A stretch of DNA of 64,000 bases, taken from Acidimicrobiaceae bacterium (lineage in GTDB: Bacteria > Actinomycetota > Acidimicrobiia > Acidimicrobiales > RAAP-2). The notes under the pieces were generated by a model. The model did not search any database. It had not been told where the DNA came from and saw only the letters and a program-made list of their open reading frames with translations. The first letter of the stretch is position 1. Each line of letters starts with the position of its first letter. The stretch is from positions 1,516 to 65,515 of the forward strand of contig PMLJ01000012.1 of the NCBI GenBank assembly GCA_003158855.1. The letters are read 5' to 3'. Of this stretch, positions 20,197 through 29,408 are shown one piece after another. A program made the translations under genes and the position numbers.

Positions 20197-21206
20197 TGCC
20201 TAGAGCCTCGCACGACGTCGCGGTACAGCGTCACGTAAGCCCTGGCGGCGGTGGCGGGCGCGAAATCGGCGGAACGCGAGTGGCCCGCCGCGATCATGAT
20301 GGCCCGTCGCGACTCGTTCGACCAGACGTCGGGGAGCGTGGCCATCACCTCTTCATCGCTCACGACCAGGGCGGCGGCCCCGCCCAGGAGTTCCCGATTG
20401 ATATCGGTGGCGAGCGCCACCGTCGGCACCCCGGCGCTGAACGCGGCGATGGCGAGCGATGGGAAGCGTGCGCCGTCTGACATGTGAAGCACGACCCGGG
20501 CGCGAGCGAGGGCCGCGCGCGCGTCCCTGCGCGGAAGCACCGTCACGTCGAGCCCGCTCAACCTGATGCGATGGCCAACGGCGCTGCTCGTGACGGCGAT
20601 GAGGCGAACGCCGTGACCCTGGGTGAACCTCAAGAGATCTGGCGCCAACGCGAGGAACCTCTGGTCGAGGCCCGTCAGGTTCACGACGAGGTCCTCCCCG
20701 TTCGTGGTCACGGCTACCAGGGGCACCGCGGGCGGCACCACCACTACCTCGCTGCGCTGGAGCTGAAGAACCCTCTGCACCTCGTGGCTCGCGGCGCGAC
20801 TCGACGCGACGAGGACCGCCCCGCGAGCGACGGCGCGCCGCAGCTGCTTGATTCGTTGGTGCTCGCGGGACTCTCCGCGAAGTGGTCGAAGGTCATCGAC
20901 CGAGATGATCAACGGGATCGCCTTCGTGGGCGGCGTGACCAGGCCCGCGACGTGCACCACGTCGACGGGAGGGAGCATCGAGTCGAGCGACGGTCCGAGG
21001 CTGCGCCGCCAGAGGGGCGTCCAGAGGAATCGGAGGGTCGGTCGCTCCTCGTTGGACGCCTCGGGCCGGCTGACGGTGCGAAAACGCACGAGTTCGCACT
21101 CTCCGGTGAGGCTCAAGGCGTCGGCGAGGTCGGTCATGGTGTTGTCGAGCGACTCGAGCGACCCGTCGAGGTCGAGCGCCACACGCAGTGGTTTCTCGTC
21201 GCTCAC
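20193..21206 (-). CDS. Degenerate GT4-like protein lacking both Ex7E glutamates
   Basis: GT-B-like layout (DVVHV, ISVDDL), but SDGARFPSLAIAAFSAG replaces SRGEGFGLPVLEALACG. GTG start overlaps the upstream stop. Confidence 0.65.
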   Translation of the reverse strand: MSDEKPLRVALDLDGSLESLDNTMTDLADALSLTGECELVRFRTVSRPEASNEERPTLRFLWTPLWRRSLGPSLDSMLPPVDVVHVAGLVTPPTKAIPLIISVDDLRPLRGESREHQRIKQLRRAVARGAVLVASSRAASHEVQRVLQLQRSEVVVVPPAVPLVAVTTNGEDLVVNLTGLDQRFLALAPDLLRFTQGHGVRLIAVTSSAVGHRIRLSGLDVTVLPRRDARAALARARVVLHMSDGARFPSLAIAAFSAGVPTVALATDINRELLGGAAALVVSDEEVMATLPDVWSNESRRAIMIAAGHSRSADFAPATAARAYVTLYRDVVRGSRQ

Positions 21207-22015
21207 GAAGCGAGGGCCAGCTTGCGGACCGCGCTCGTCCAGCCGGGCCACAGTTGCACCGCCCAGGGTCCGAAATCCACGGTGCTCGTCGCGACAACGC
21301 CGATCCCCTCTTCGACGTTGAGCAGCATCAAGGCGCCGCTCTGGCCGAAGTGCCCGAAGCTCTCGGGCGGCCAGTCGCCCATCCAATGTTCCTTCTGCCC
21401 GCGCACTTCGGGTCCGAGCCCCCACGGGCACGGCGAGAACCTTCCAAAGCCCGGCACGATGCCGTCGAGATTGGGAACGTAGGGAGTGATGAAACGATCG
21501 CGGGTCTCCTTGGTGATCGCGTCGGGTCGCAGCCATGCTTCGGCCAGGCTGCGCATGTCCCGCGTCGATCCCTCGACGCCCGACGAGGGGCGACCGGTCA
21601 GCTTGGTGGCGTTCATTCCGAGGGGGCTGAAGACCCGGTCACGCAACCATTCGGAAGGTTCGTTTTGGTTCATGATCGCGTTCACCGCGTAGTCAATTCC
21701 GCAGTTCGAGTAGACGCGCTTGGTCGCGACACCGACAACCGGGTCGTTCTCCTCGAGGCCCAGCCCGCTCGAGTGCGACAAGAGGTTGGCGAGCGTGGCG
21801 CCGCGCGGACCAAAGGTTTCGGAGGGCTGATGGAATCCCCAGTCGACCTCGACGCCGAAGGCGAGCGAGACCGCCATCTTGGAGACCGACGCCCACTGGC
21901 GCACCTCTTCGAGGTCGCCTTCAGCTGAGATGGTCTCTGAGAATCCGTTCTTCATGCGAAAGACGACGAAAGAAGGATCGCCGGGCCAGTCGATTACGAG
22001 CGGATCAGTAGTCAC
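21203..22015 (-). CDS. Serine hydrolase, beta-lactamase/class C-like family
   Basis: SVSK (SxxK), LLSHSSG, YSN and HFGQSG motifs. Confidence 0.85.
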   Translation of the reverse strand: MTTDPLVIDWPGDPSFVVFRMKNGFSETISAEGDLEEVRQWASVSKMAVSLAFGVEVDWGFHQPSETFGPRGATLANLLSHSSGLGLEENDPVVGVATKRVYSNCGIDYAVNAIMNQNEPSEWLRDRVFSPLGMNATKLTGRPSSGVEGSTRDMRSLAEAWLRPDAITKETRDRFITPYVPNLDGIVPGFGRFSPCPWGLGPEVRGQKEHWMGDWPPESFGHFGQSGALMLLNVEEGIGVVATSTVDFGPWAVQLWPGWTSAVRKLALAS

Positions 22016-22053
22016 AACACTCGATGATACCCAGCGCCCCTAAGGTTTCGGAG

Positions 22054-22968
22054 GTGATCACCGTTCTCAGTGGTGGCGTTGGCGCCGCACGACTCCTTCG
22101 AGCCCTCAGCGGCGAAATCGAACCACGCGAGATTTCCGCCATCGTGAACGTGGGCGACGACCTGGTGATGCACGGGCTCACCATCTGCCCCGACCTCGAC
22201 ACCATCTCGTACACGCTCGCGGGGCTCAACAACGACGTACTGGGCTGGGGGCTGGCGGGCGAGACGTGGCGGGTCATGGACGAACTGGCGGGACTCGGGG
22301 GCGCCGCGTGGTTTCGCCTGGGCGATCGCGACCTGGCGACGCACCTCTACCGCTCGCAGCGACTGAGCGAAGGCGCGACCAAGACCGACGTCACCCGCGA
22401 ACTTTGCGAGCACTGGGGCGTCGAGATCACCCTGCTGCCGGTGACTAACGACGAGATCGCGACCGTCTTTGATACCCAGATCGGCGTACTCAGCTTCCAG
22501 GAGTATTTCGTGCGCCACCACCACGACGTGGTGGTGAAGGGCGTCTCGGTGCTCGGCGTCACCGAGTGCTCGCCCACCCACGAGGTCATCAGCGCCCTGG
22601 AGAAGAGCTCACGCATCGTGATCGCCCCTTCGAACCCGCTGATCTCAATTGATCCCATCCTCCAGGTGCCCGGCGTCAGCGAGATACTGCGCGAACGAAG
22701 AGATGACGTCATCGCGGTGTCGCCGATCGTCAACGGCGCCGCCCTGAAGGGTCCCGCCGACCGGCTCCTGATCGAACTCGGCCACGAGGCGACCTGCGAG
22801 GGGGTCGCTGCCTTCTACCAGGGCATCATCGGGACCTTCGTCATCGATGAGGTCGACGCCCGTCACGCCGCGAACATCGAATCTCGTGGTATCAAGGTTC
22901 GCGTGACCACCACGATCATGGCCGAGCCGGAGAACGCCCGGCGCCTCGCGCGGGCGGTGCTCGCGTGA
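22054..22968 (+). CDS. cofD: 2-phospho-L-lactate transferase (F420 biosynthesis)
   Basis: LSGGVGAA, NVGDD, CPDLDT, FRLGDRDLATH, IAPSNP and KGPAD motifs. Start GTG 22054 or ATG 22024. Confidence 0.95.
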   Translation: MITVLSGGVGAARLLRALSGEIEPREISAIVNVGDDLVMHGLTICPDLDTISYTLAGLNNDVLGWGLAGETWRVMDELAGLGGAAWFRLGDRDLATHLYRSQRLSEGATKTDVTRELCEHWGVEITLLPVTNDEIATVFDTQIGVLSFQEYFVRHHHDVVVKGVSVLGVTECSPTHEVISALEKSSRIVIAPSNPLISIDPILQVPGVSEILRERRDDVIAVSPIVNGAALKGPADRLLIELGHEATCEGVAAFYQGIIGTFVIDEVDARHAANIESRGIKVRVTTTIMAEPENARRLARAVLA

Positions 22969-23675
22969 ATGAGCTTCGGGTCATTCCCGTGCGCGGCGTG
23001 GGACCCGTTGCCGGGGGCGACGACCTGGTGACGCTGCTGCTCGACGCGCTCGACGCCCAGGGGCTCCCCCTCGAGCACCACGACCTCGTCATAGTCACGA
23101 GCAAGGTCGTCTCTAAGTCCGAAGGCCGGGTCGTCGACTTCGACGGCACCGAAGGGCACAAGGTCGCCCTCATCGAGCGGGAAGCCAAACGCGTGCTTCG
23201 ACGTCGAGGGCCGCTGCGAATCACCGAGACCGAGCACGGATTCATCAACGCCAACGCCGGCATCGACCTCTCCAACACCGTGGAGGGAACCGCGGTGCTG
23301 CTGCCCAAGGAGCCCGACCGCTCCGCTCGGCGCCTGCGCGCCGAGATTCGAAGGCGCCGTGGCGTCGACGTCGCGGTGGTCGTCACCGACACCTTCGGAC
23401 GCGTGTGGCGACAAGGGGTCACCGACGTGGCCCTCGGATCGGCGGGGATCATTCCGGTCCTGGACCTTCGCGGATCAGCCGACGCCAACGGACGCCTGCT
23501 CGACGCGACCGAGGTCGCCATCGTCGACGAGATCGCGGGCGCCGCGAACCTGGTGCTCGGAAAGGCGATGGGCACGCCCTTCGCCGTGCTTCGCGGCCTC
23601 GACGAATCGTATTTTGGCGAGGGTTCGGTGGCGAAGGACGTCATTCGCTCCGCGAACGAAGACCTCTTTCGTTAG
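22965..23675 (+). CDS. cofE: Coenzyme F420-0:L-glutamate ligase, stand-alone
   Basis: TSKVVSKSEG, ANAGIDLSN, DTFGRVWRQG and VDEIAGAA motifs. No C-terminal nitroreductase domain. Confidence 0.93.
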   Translation: MNELRVIPVRGVGPVAGGDDLVTLLLDALDAQGLPLEHHDLVIVTSKVVSKSEGRVVDFDGTEGHKVALIEREAKRVLRRRGPLRITETEHGFINANAGIDLSNTVEGTAVLLPKEPDRSARRLRAEIRRRRGVDVAVVVTDTFGRVWRQGVTDVALGSAGIIPVLDLRGSADANGRLLDATEVAIVDEIAGAANLVLGKAMGTPFAVLRGLDESYFGEGSVAKDVIRSANEDLFR

Positions 23676-24701
23676 TCACACGCCGCCCAGGCGCACGTCA
23701 CCCGAGAGCTGGGAATGCGCCTCGACGTGCACGCTGGCCCCCACCACGCAGGTGGCACCCAGGTTTGAAAAGGCGCCGATCACCGCGTGGTGGCCAATGA
23801 TGGAGAAACGGACCTGGGCGTCGTTCTGGATCACCACGCCAGGCAGCAGCACCGAATCCTCCAGCACCACGTTCGCCTTCACCACGCAGTTACGATCGAC
23901 CACGGAGTTGATGAGCGTGGCGCTCGGATCCACGGTGCTCGAAGGATGAATCCAGCACCCGTCGACGACGTCCTTTACCAGGTGATTCCGGAATCTCCCG
24001 AGCAGGAAATCAACATTGGCCTGCAGAAAGGCCTGCGGGGTGCCAGTGTCCAGCCAGTAGGAGTCGTCGGGCATGGCGTAGAGCGTCCCCTCGGCGGCGA
24101 GTTCGGGGAAGGTGTCGCGCTCCACGCTCACCCGCCCCGTTGGAGCGATTCGATCGAGGACGCTGGGCTCGAAGACGTACGTGCCCGCGTTGATGAGATT
24201 GGTCGGCGCCTCGTCACGCGGGGGCTTCTCGACGAAGGCGATCACGCGTCCATCTGGCGTCGTTGGCACGACGCCGAATCGTGACGGATCATCGACCGCG
24301 TGCAGGGCGATGGTTGCCTGCGCGCCGTGGTCGCGGTGGAACTTGATCAGCTTCGTGATGTCGAGATCGGTGATGACGTCGCCGTTCAGCACGAGGAACG
24401 TCTCGTCGATCTCGGCGAACTTCGCGGCGAAGCGGATCGCTCCCGACGTGTCGAGCGGTTCGGGCTCGACGGCGTAGGTCACGTTCACCCCGCCGATCAC
24501 GCCGCTCGGGTAGGCCTCGATGAACTGGTCCGGCAGGTACCCGAGCGCCAGCACGGCGTCGGTGATGCCGTGCTGGCAAAGGGTGTCCATGACGCACTCG
24601 ATCATCGGCACGCCCAAGATGGGCAGCATCTGCTTCGGCGTCTCGTACGTCAGGGGGCGCAGTCTTGTCCCGATCCCGCCAACGAGGATCACGGACTTCA
24701 A
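23676..24701 (-). CDS. manC: Mannose-1-phosphate guanylyltransferase-like NDP-sugar synthase
   Basis: GGIGTRLRPLT..PK, NGD, FVEKP, INAGTY, WLDTGTP and C-terminal hexapeptide repeats. Confidence 0.85.
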   Translation of the reverse strand: MKSVILVGGIGTRLRPLTYETPKQMLPILGVPMIECVMDTLCQHGITDAVLALGYLPDQFIEAYPSGVIGGVNVTYAVEPEPLDTSGAIRFAAKFAEIDETFLVLNGDVITDLDITKLIKFHRDHGAQATIALHAVDDPSRFGVVPTTPDGRVIAFVEKPPRDEAPTNLINAGTYVFEPSVLDRIAPTGRVSVERDTFPELAAEGTLYAMPDDSYWLDTGTPQAFLQANVDFLLGRFRNHLVKDVVDGCWIHPSSTVDPSATLINSVVDRNCVVKANVVLEDSVLLPGVVIQNDAQVRFSIIGHHAVIGAFSNLGATCVVGASVHVEAHSQLSGDVRLGGV

Positions 24702-24703
24702 GT

Positions 24704-25495
24704 TCAGCCCTTTGTCGTGGTTGTCGTTGCCTTCGTCGTGGTAGTCGCGCCCGGCGCGGCGGTCGTCGTGGTCGACGCTGTGGTGGTCGTCGTGGTGGTC
24801 GTGGTGCTGGCGCTCGCGACATCCTTCACCATGTTGTTGACCGTGATCTGCTGGGGCAGCATCGGCGTCACTCCCTTGGGATCAAAGGCCATGACGACGC
24901 GCATCTCCTCGGAAAGCTTGATCGACGACGGGTTCGTCGTGATAACGGGCGTCTTCTGTCCGAACGAGGTCCAGTAGGCGTACTCGATCTGGCCGGTCTG
25001 GCCCGGGTACTTCGACGACTTGGCACAGGTGGAGCCGTTGCGGTAGGTCGTTGCCGCGCTGGACTTCGACCCGCCCGGAATCGTCAACTGGGTCGAGCTG
25101 GCGACCATGCCCGGATACTCGTTGGCGAACTGGGCGAGGGTGGCGTTGTTCCCGGCGTCAGCGGACGACACGGGGCTGATCCTCACGACGTTGGCAGCCC
25201 GGATGGTGAGGCCGCCGGTGGACGTCGGGTCGGCGGGGAGGTATGGAAGGTACTTGCCGCACGCCTGGACTGAAAGTCCCGCGTACCAGGTCGTGCCGAT
25301 CGCGGGGGGAGCCCCCTTGGCCTTCTTGCCCGGGTGCTGGTAGTCGTAGCGGGCCAGCACGGTCGCCACCAGACCGAGGACGACGATCACGACAAGGATG
25401 CCGTAATAGTTCCCCGGACGAGACTTCTTGTAGGCCTTGCCGCCTCCCGACGACCCGACCCTGCTTACCCATTTACCTGTTGCGCTCTTAGCCAC
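24704..25495 (-). CDS. Membrane-anchored hypothetical protein with Thr-rich C-terminal tail
   Basis: Basic N-terminus, one TM helix, a two-Cys extracytoplasmic domain and a poly-Thr tail; good high-GC codon bias. Confidence 0.8.
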   Translation of the reverse strand: MAKSATGKWVSRVGSSGGGKAYKKSRPGNYYGILVVIVVLGLVATVLARYDYQHPGKKAKGAPPAIGTTWYAGLSVQACGKYLPYLPADPTSTGGLTIRAANVVRISPVSSADAGNNATLAQFANEYPGMVASSTQLTIPGGSKSSAATTYRNGSTCAKSSKYPGQTGQIEYAYWTSFGQKTPVITTNPSSIKLSEEMRVVMAFDPKGVTPMLPQQITVNNMVKDVASASTTTTTTTTTASTTTTAAPGATTTTKATTTTTKG

Positions 25496-25537
25496 GGGGG
25501 CAACGATACTAAAGAATTGGACCCCACAGACTCCGCG

Positions 25538-25611
25538 TAGGGGCGAAGGGACTCGAACCCTCACTGGAGGCGGTTTAAGCGCCTTGCCTCTGCCAATTGG
25601 GCTACGCCCCC
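25538..25611 (-). tRNA. tRNA-Leu (anticodon TAA), 74 nt, short variable loop, CCA not encoded
   Basis: GGGGGCG/CGCCCCT acceptor stem, GCCCAATTGGCAGAGGC D arm, AGGCG-CTTAAAC-CGCCT anticodon arm, GAGGG-TTCGAGT-CCCTT T arm. Confidence 0.93.
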
Positions 25612-25699
25612 ACGCGCAGATGTCGCGCTGTAACCGTAACGCAATCTAATGACGCGTGGAACTACCTGTTTTCTTACGTTCACTAACTAGGCTGGATGA

Positions 25700-26869
25700 A
25701 TGATTCGCGTGCGTCGTCGGGGCACGACTCGATCAACTCCCCTGTTGGTGATGGCCGCCGTGGTTATTGGCGCCCTGATGCTCCCGGCGGCGGCCCAGGG
25801 CCAAACCATCGCCCAGACCCAGCAGGAGATAGCCAACCTCTCCGCCGAACTCTCCCAGCAGGAGAAGACCAGCGAGATAACGGCAAATGCCTACGACGCC
25901 GCCAAGTCGGACCTCGTCACGTTGAACATCAACATCACCAATCTCCAGGCCAAGGAAGTCAAGATACGCGCGTCCATCAAGAAGACCTCGGCGCAGCTGG
26001 TGACCGCGGTGGTGCGCGCCTACGTCGACGGCGCGGCCGACGCGCAGATACTCTCGCTGTTCAATCAGAACGTGACCCAGAGCGACGCCCGCACCGTCTA
26101 CGAGAACCAGGTGATTGGCGATCTCAACAAACTCCGCGACACGCTCGAGTCGGAGAAGAAGTCACTCGACACGACCATCGCCGACGTCGCCGCCCAGCGC
26201 TCGAAGGTCCAGCAGCAAGAGAACAACATGCAGAACCTCCTCGCCCAGAACGTTCAGAACGAGAACGCCACGCGCTCGACGCTCAACGAGGTGACGGCGA
26301 AACTCAAGACCGAGATCATCACCTACGAGATCAAGGTCGGCGTGATCGCGGCGAAGGAGCACAACCTCTCCGGCGAAGCATCCGCCGTGGCCGCCGCTTC
26401 GGCCGTCGGCGGCCAGTCCGCCGCCAACCTCGTCATCGCCGCCATCCAGGCCGCCACTCCCCCGGTCATCACCGGAACAGCCGCGGGCTCGGCGCAAGGG
26501 CTCGCGGCCCTCAAATGGGCGAAGAGCCAGATCGGCGTCCCCTACGTCTGGGGCGGCGAGACGCCCGGCGTCGGATTCGACTGCTCGGGACTCGTCCAGT
26601 GGGCCTGGGCCAAGGCCGGCTTCACTATTCCTCGCACTACCGAAGAGCAGTACTCTGCACTGCGCCATATTCCGCTCAGCCAGCTCCAGCCAGGCGACCT
26701 TCTCTTCTATTACAATCTCGACGGCGACCACCAGGTCGACCACGTCGTGATGTACGCCGGCAGTGGCGCCTGGGGCACGGACACGATCATCGCCGCCGCC
26801 CACACGGGCACCAACGTCAGCCTGGCGCCGATCTTCACCTTCGGTCTGACTGGTGCAGCTCGACCGTAA
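25700..26869 (+). CDS. NlpC/P60 peptidoglycan endopeptidase with coiled coil (RipA/PcsB-like)
   Basis: Signal peptide, long coiled coil, PYVWGG, FDCSGL, HV.MY motifs. Confidence 0.92.
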   Translation: MIRVRRRGTTRSTPLLVMAAVVIGALMLPAAAQGQTIAQTQQEIANLSAELSQQEKTSEITANAYDAAKSDLVTLNINITNLQAKEVKIRASIKKTSAQLVTAVVRAYVDGAADAQILSLFNQNVTQSDARTVYENQVIGDLNKLRDTLESEKKSLDTTIADVAAQRSKVQQQENNMQNLLAQNVQNENATRSTLNEVTAKLKTEIITYEIKVGVIAAKEHNLSGEASAVAAASAVGGQSAANLVIAAIQAATPPVITGTAAGSAQGLAALKWAKSQIGVPYVWGGETPGVGFDCSGLVQWAWAKAGFTIPRTTEEQYSALRHIPLSQLQPGDLLFYYNLDGDHQVDHVVMYAGSGAWGTDTIIAAAHTGTNVSLAPIFTFGLTGAARP

Positions 26870-27811
26870 GTGAGAATCTCTACCATCGAACTCTCAATCA
26901 TCATCCCCGCGTACAACGAAGCCGGTCGCCTGGCGAATGGCTACGAGCGCCTGCGTCCGGTGCTCGATCAGATGGACATGGCGACGACCGAGATCATCGT
27001 CATCGACGACGGATCGACCGACTCAACGTTGAAGGCAGCGCACGACGTCTACGGCCACCTCGGCGAGACCTTGTTCGTCCAGCAGCCCCGCAACCTCGGC
27101 AAGGGTGCCGCGGTGCGCCTCGGCATCGCGCTCGCCCGGGGCGCCAACGTCATCGCCGCCGACGCCGACATGGCGATCGACCCGTCGCACCTCCCCGAGA
27201 TAGTCAGCGCCCTCAAGGACAGCCCTCTCGCGCCCGGCTCGCGCACCAGCGACGGGCGGATCAACTACGAATCTGCGCTTCGCACGATCGCCGGCGGCGT
27301 CTTTCACCAACTCGTTCGCCACTACGCCCACACTGACGTGCGCGATACGCAGTGCGGCTGCAAGGGCTTCCAGCTCGGACCCGCCCGCGTGCTGGGCCTG
27401 CTCGGGATGATCGACGGCTTCGCCTACGACGTCGAGATCTTCTTCCTCGCCGACCAGCTGGGCCTCGGGGTCCACCCCGTTCCCGTCGAGTGGGACGACG
27501 TGGGCGGCTCGTCGGTGAAGGTGAGCCGGGTTTCGTTCGACATGCTGAGGGACCTGCGCCACCTGTCAAGGACCCGCTACGAGAATCCCGTCGTCGAGTT
27601 CGCAGCCGACGCCGACGCGCGCGCGATGGGCCTCGCCGCCCGCGAGGCCCGCGTCCAGGGTCTGGCCGTTGCCAGGGGGGAAAGCAATGCGCTGCTCGTG
27701 CTGCCCAGGGACGGCGCGCTCGCGGGGCTCGCCATCGCCGAAGCGATGGACGGAACGCTTCGAACCACGGGCCTGGACGAACTTCGAAACAGGACCTACG
27801 AGGCCGTTTAG
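26870..27811 (+). CDS. Polyprenol-phosphate hexose synthase-like GT2
   Basis: IIPAYNE, DDGSTD, NLGKGAAV, DAD, DTQCGCK and FAYDVE motifs. Confidence 0.88.
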   Translation: MRISTIELSIIIPAYNEAGRLANGYERLRPVLDQMDMATTEIIVIDDGSTDSTLKAAHDVYGHLGETLFVQQPRNLGKGAAVRLGIALARGANVIAADADMAIDPSHLPEIVSALKDSPLAPGSRTSDGRINYESALRTIAGGVFHQLVRHYAHTDVRDTQCGCKGFQLGPARVLGLLGMIDGFAYDVEIFFLADQLGLGVHPVPVEWDDVGGSSVKVSRVSFDMLRDLRHLSRTRYENPVVEFAADADARAMGLAAREARVQGLAVARGESNALLVLPRDGALAGLAIAEAMDGTLRTTGLDELRNRTYEAV

Positions 27812-28437
27812 TCGCTGTTCGGTAACAGCCAGTTCGCCACCAGCTCGGGTGCGCGGTCGTTCCACTCCTCGGCGGTGATGGCGTACCGAGCGTGGTCTTC
27901 CCAGGCGCCGTCGATCTCCAGGTACCTCTCCGCCACGCCCTCGAAGCGCAGTCCGAGTTTTTCCACCACCCGGCGTGACGGGGCGTTGCGCGGGATGATG
28001 TTGATCTCGATGCGATGCAGGCGAAGCGACTCGAATGCGTAGTGCATCATCGTCACGACCGCCTCGGGCATGAGGCCCCTGCCCGCCACCGCCTCGTCGA
28101 TCCAGTAGCCGATGTAGGCGGACTGCAGCGGTCCGCGCTGAATGTTCGACAGGGTGATCTCACCAACGAATCGTCCCTGCAGGAAGATCCCGAACCCGAA
28201 CCCGGTGCCCATCTGGCGCTCGCGTTCGCGAATGGCGCAGCGGCTCACGAAGCTTCGCTGATCCTCGGCGAGGTGCGCCGAGTGCGCCGAGCGGGGTTCC
28301 CACTTCAACAGCCAGTCGTGGCCGCGCTCGCGCACTTCGTACCAGCCCTCGTAGTCCTGCTCGGTCATGGTGCGAAGCAGCACGCGCCGTCCGTGCAGCG
28401 AAATTGGCGAATAGATGGAACTGCGCGTCGTCACCAT
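27808..28437 (-). CDS. RimJ/RimL-family GNAT N-acetyltransferase
   Basis: IGYWIDE..AGRGLMPEA, N..SRRVVEKLG and WEDH motifs. Confidence 0.9.
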   Translation of the reverse strand: MVTTRSSIYSPISLHGRRVLLRTMTEQDYEGWYEVRERGHDWLLKWEPRSAHSAHLAEDQRSFVSRCAIRERERQMGTGFGFGIFLQGRFVGEITLSNIQRGPLQSAYIGYWIDEAVAGRGLMPEAVVTMMHYAFESLRLHRIEINIIPRNAPSRRVVEKLGLRFEGVAERYLEIDGAWEDHARYAITAEEWNDRAPELVANWLLPNSD

Positions 28438-28487
28438 GGAGGAGTCCTCACCCCTCCATAGTTACAGGAATTGCCACTTGTCGCACA

Positions 28488-29408
28488 CTAGGACAGGAGC
28501 GACAGCGTGATGCCGTCGAGGATATCGTTCTCCGAACTCAGGAGTTCGGTTGCGTGGAGGCGCTCCATCACCGCATCGAGCACGTACAGCCCCGCGGTCA
28601 GAACGTCCTCGCGGCCAGCGACCATGCCGGGGCGCGCGAGTCGCTCCTGGGGAGTTTCACGGCCGAGGGTGTCGCGCCACTCCTCGACCGTCTCTTTCGT
28701 GATCACCCGGTGGTGCACGGCGTTTCGGTCGTACGTGGCGAGTCCGGCGTCCATCTGGGCGAGCGTCGCCACCGTTCCGGCGAGACCAATCAGGCGAACG
28801 TTGCCCACCAGCTCCTCGAACACGGGCTCGGCCCTCCACGCCTTCTCGAGCTCGCCCGCGATCATGGCCCGAGCGGCGGCGGCGCTGTCGGGGCTCACGA
28901 CGCCGCTGCCGAGCGCCCGTTCGGTCACCCGCACGCACCCCAGTTGCATCGAGTAACTGTGCATCGTGTCGTGAAGGACCACGGCGAGCTCGGTCGATCC
29001 CCCGCCGATGTCGATGATCAGCGTGGGGCGCACGTCCGCCACCAGGTCGGCGGTCGCCCCCGAGTAGGACAACGTCGCCTCCTCGTTCCCGGTGAGGATC
29101 CTCGCCTCGACACCGGTGATGTCGTGCGCCCGCTGGAGGAACTCGGGTCCGTTGGTCGCGTCGCGCACCGCCGAGGTCGCGACCAGCAGCCCACGTTGGA
29201 CTTCGAGCTCGTCCATGCAGGCGCGGTACTCGCCCAGCACGTCGTAGGAGCGCTGCAATGCCTCGCGGGTGAGCGTCCCCGACGAGTCAACCCCCTGGCT
29301 GAGGCGCGTGATGCGCATCTCGCGACGCAACGCCACGTTGGACGAGTTCGCGATCAGGAGTCGCGTGGAGTTGCTGCCGCAGTCGAGGGCGGCGACGTTG
29401 TCAGCCAC
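28488..29408 (-). CDS. ppx: Ppx/GppA exopolyphosphatase
   Basis: DCGSNSTRL, ATSAVRDA, EEA, DIGGGSTE motifs; conserved eno-ftsB-DUF501-ppx order. Confidence 0.93.
   Translation of the reverse strand: MADNVAALDCGSNSTRLLIANSSNVALRREMRITRLSQGVDSSGTLTREALQRSYDVLGEYRACMDELEVQRGLLVATSAVRDATNGPEFLQRAHDITGVEARILTGNEEATLSYSGATADLVADVRPTLIIDIGGGSTELAVVLHDTMHSYSMQLGCVRVTERALGSGVVSPDSAAAARAMIAGELEKAWRAEPVFEELVGNVRLIGLAGTVATLAQMDAGLATYDRNAVHHRVITKETVEEWRDTLGRETPQERLARPGMVAGREDVLTAGLYVLDAVMERLHATELLSSENDILDGITLSLLS

Noticed and set aside
25612-25699. c-di-AMP (ydaO) riboswitch before the NlpC/P60 gene
   Set aside because: The gap is too short and lacks the consensus elements.
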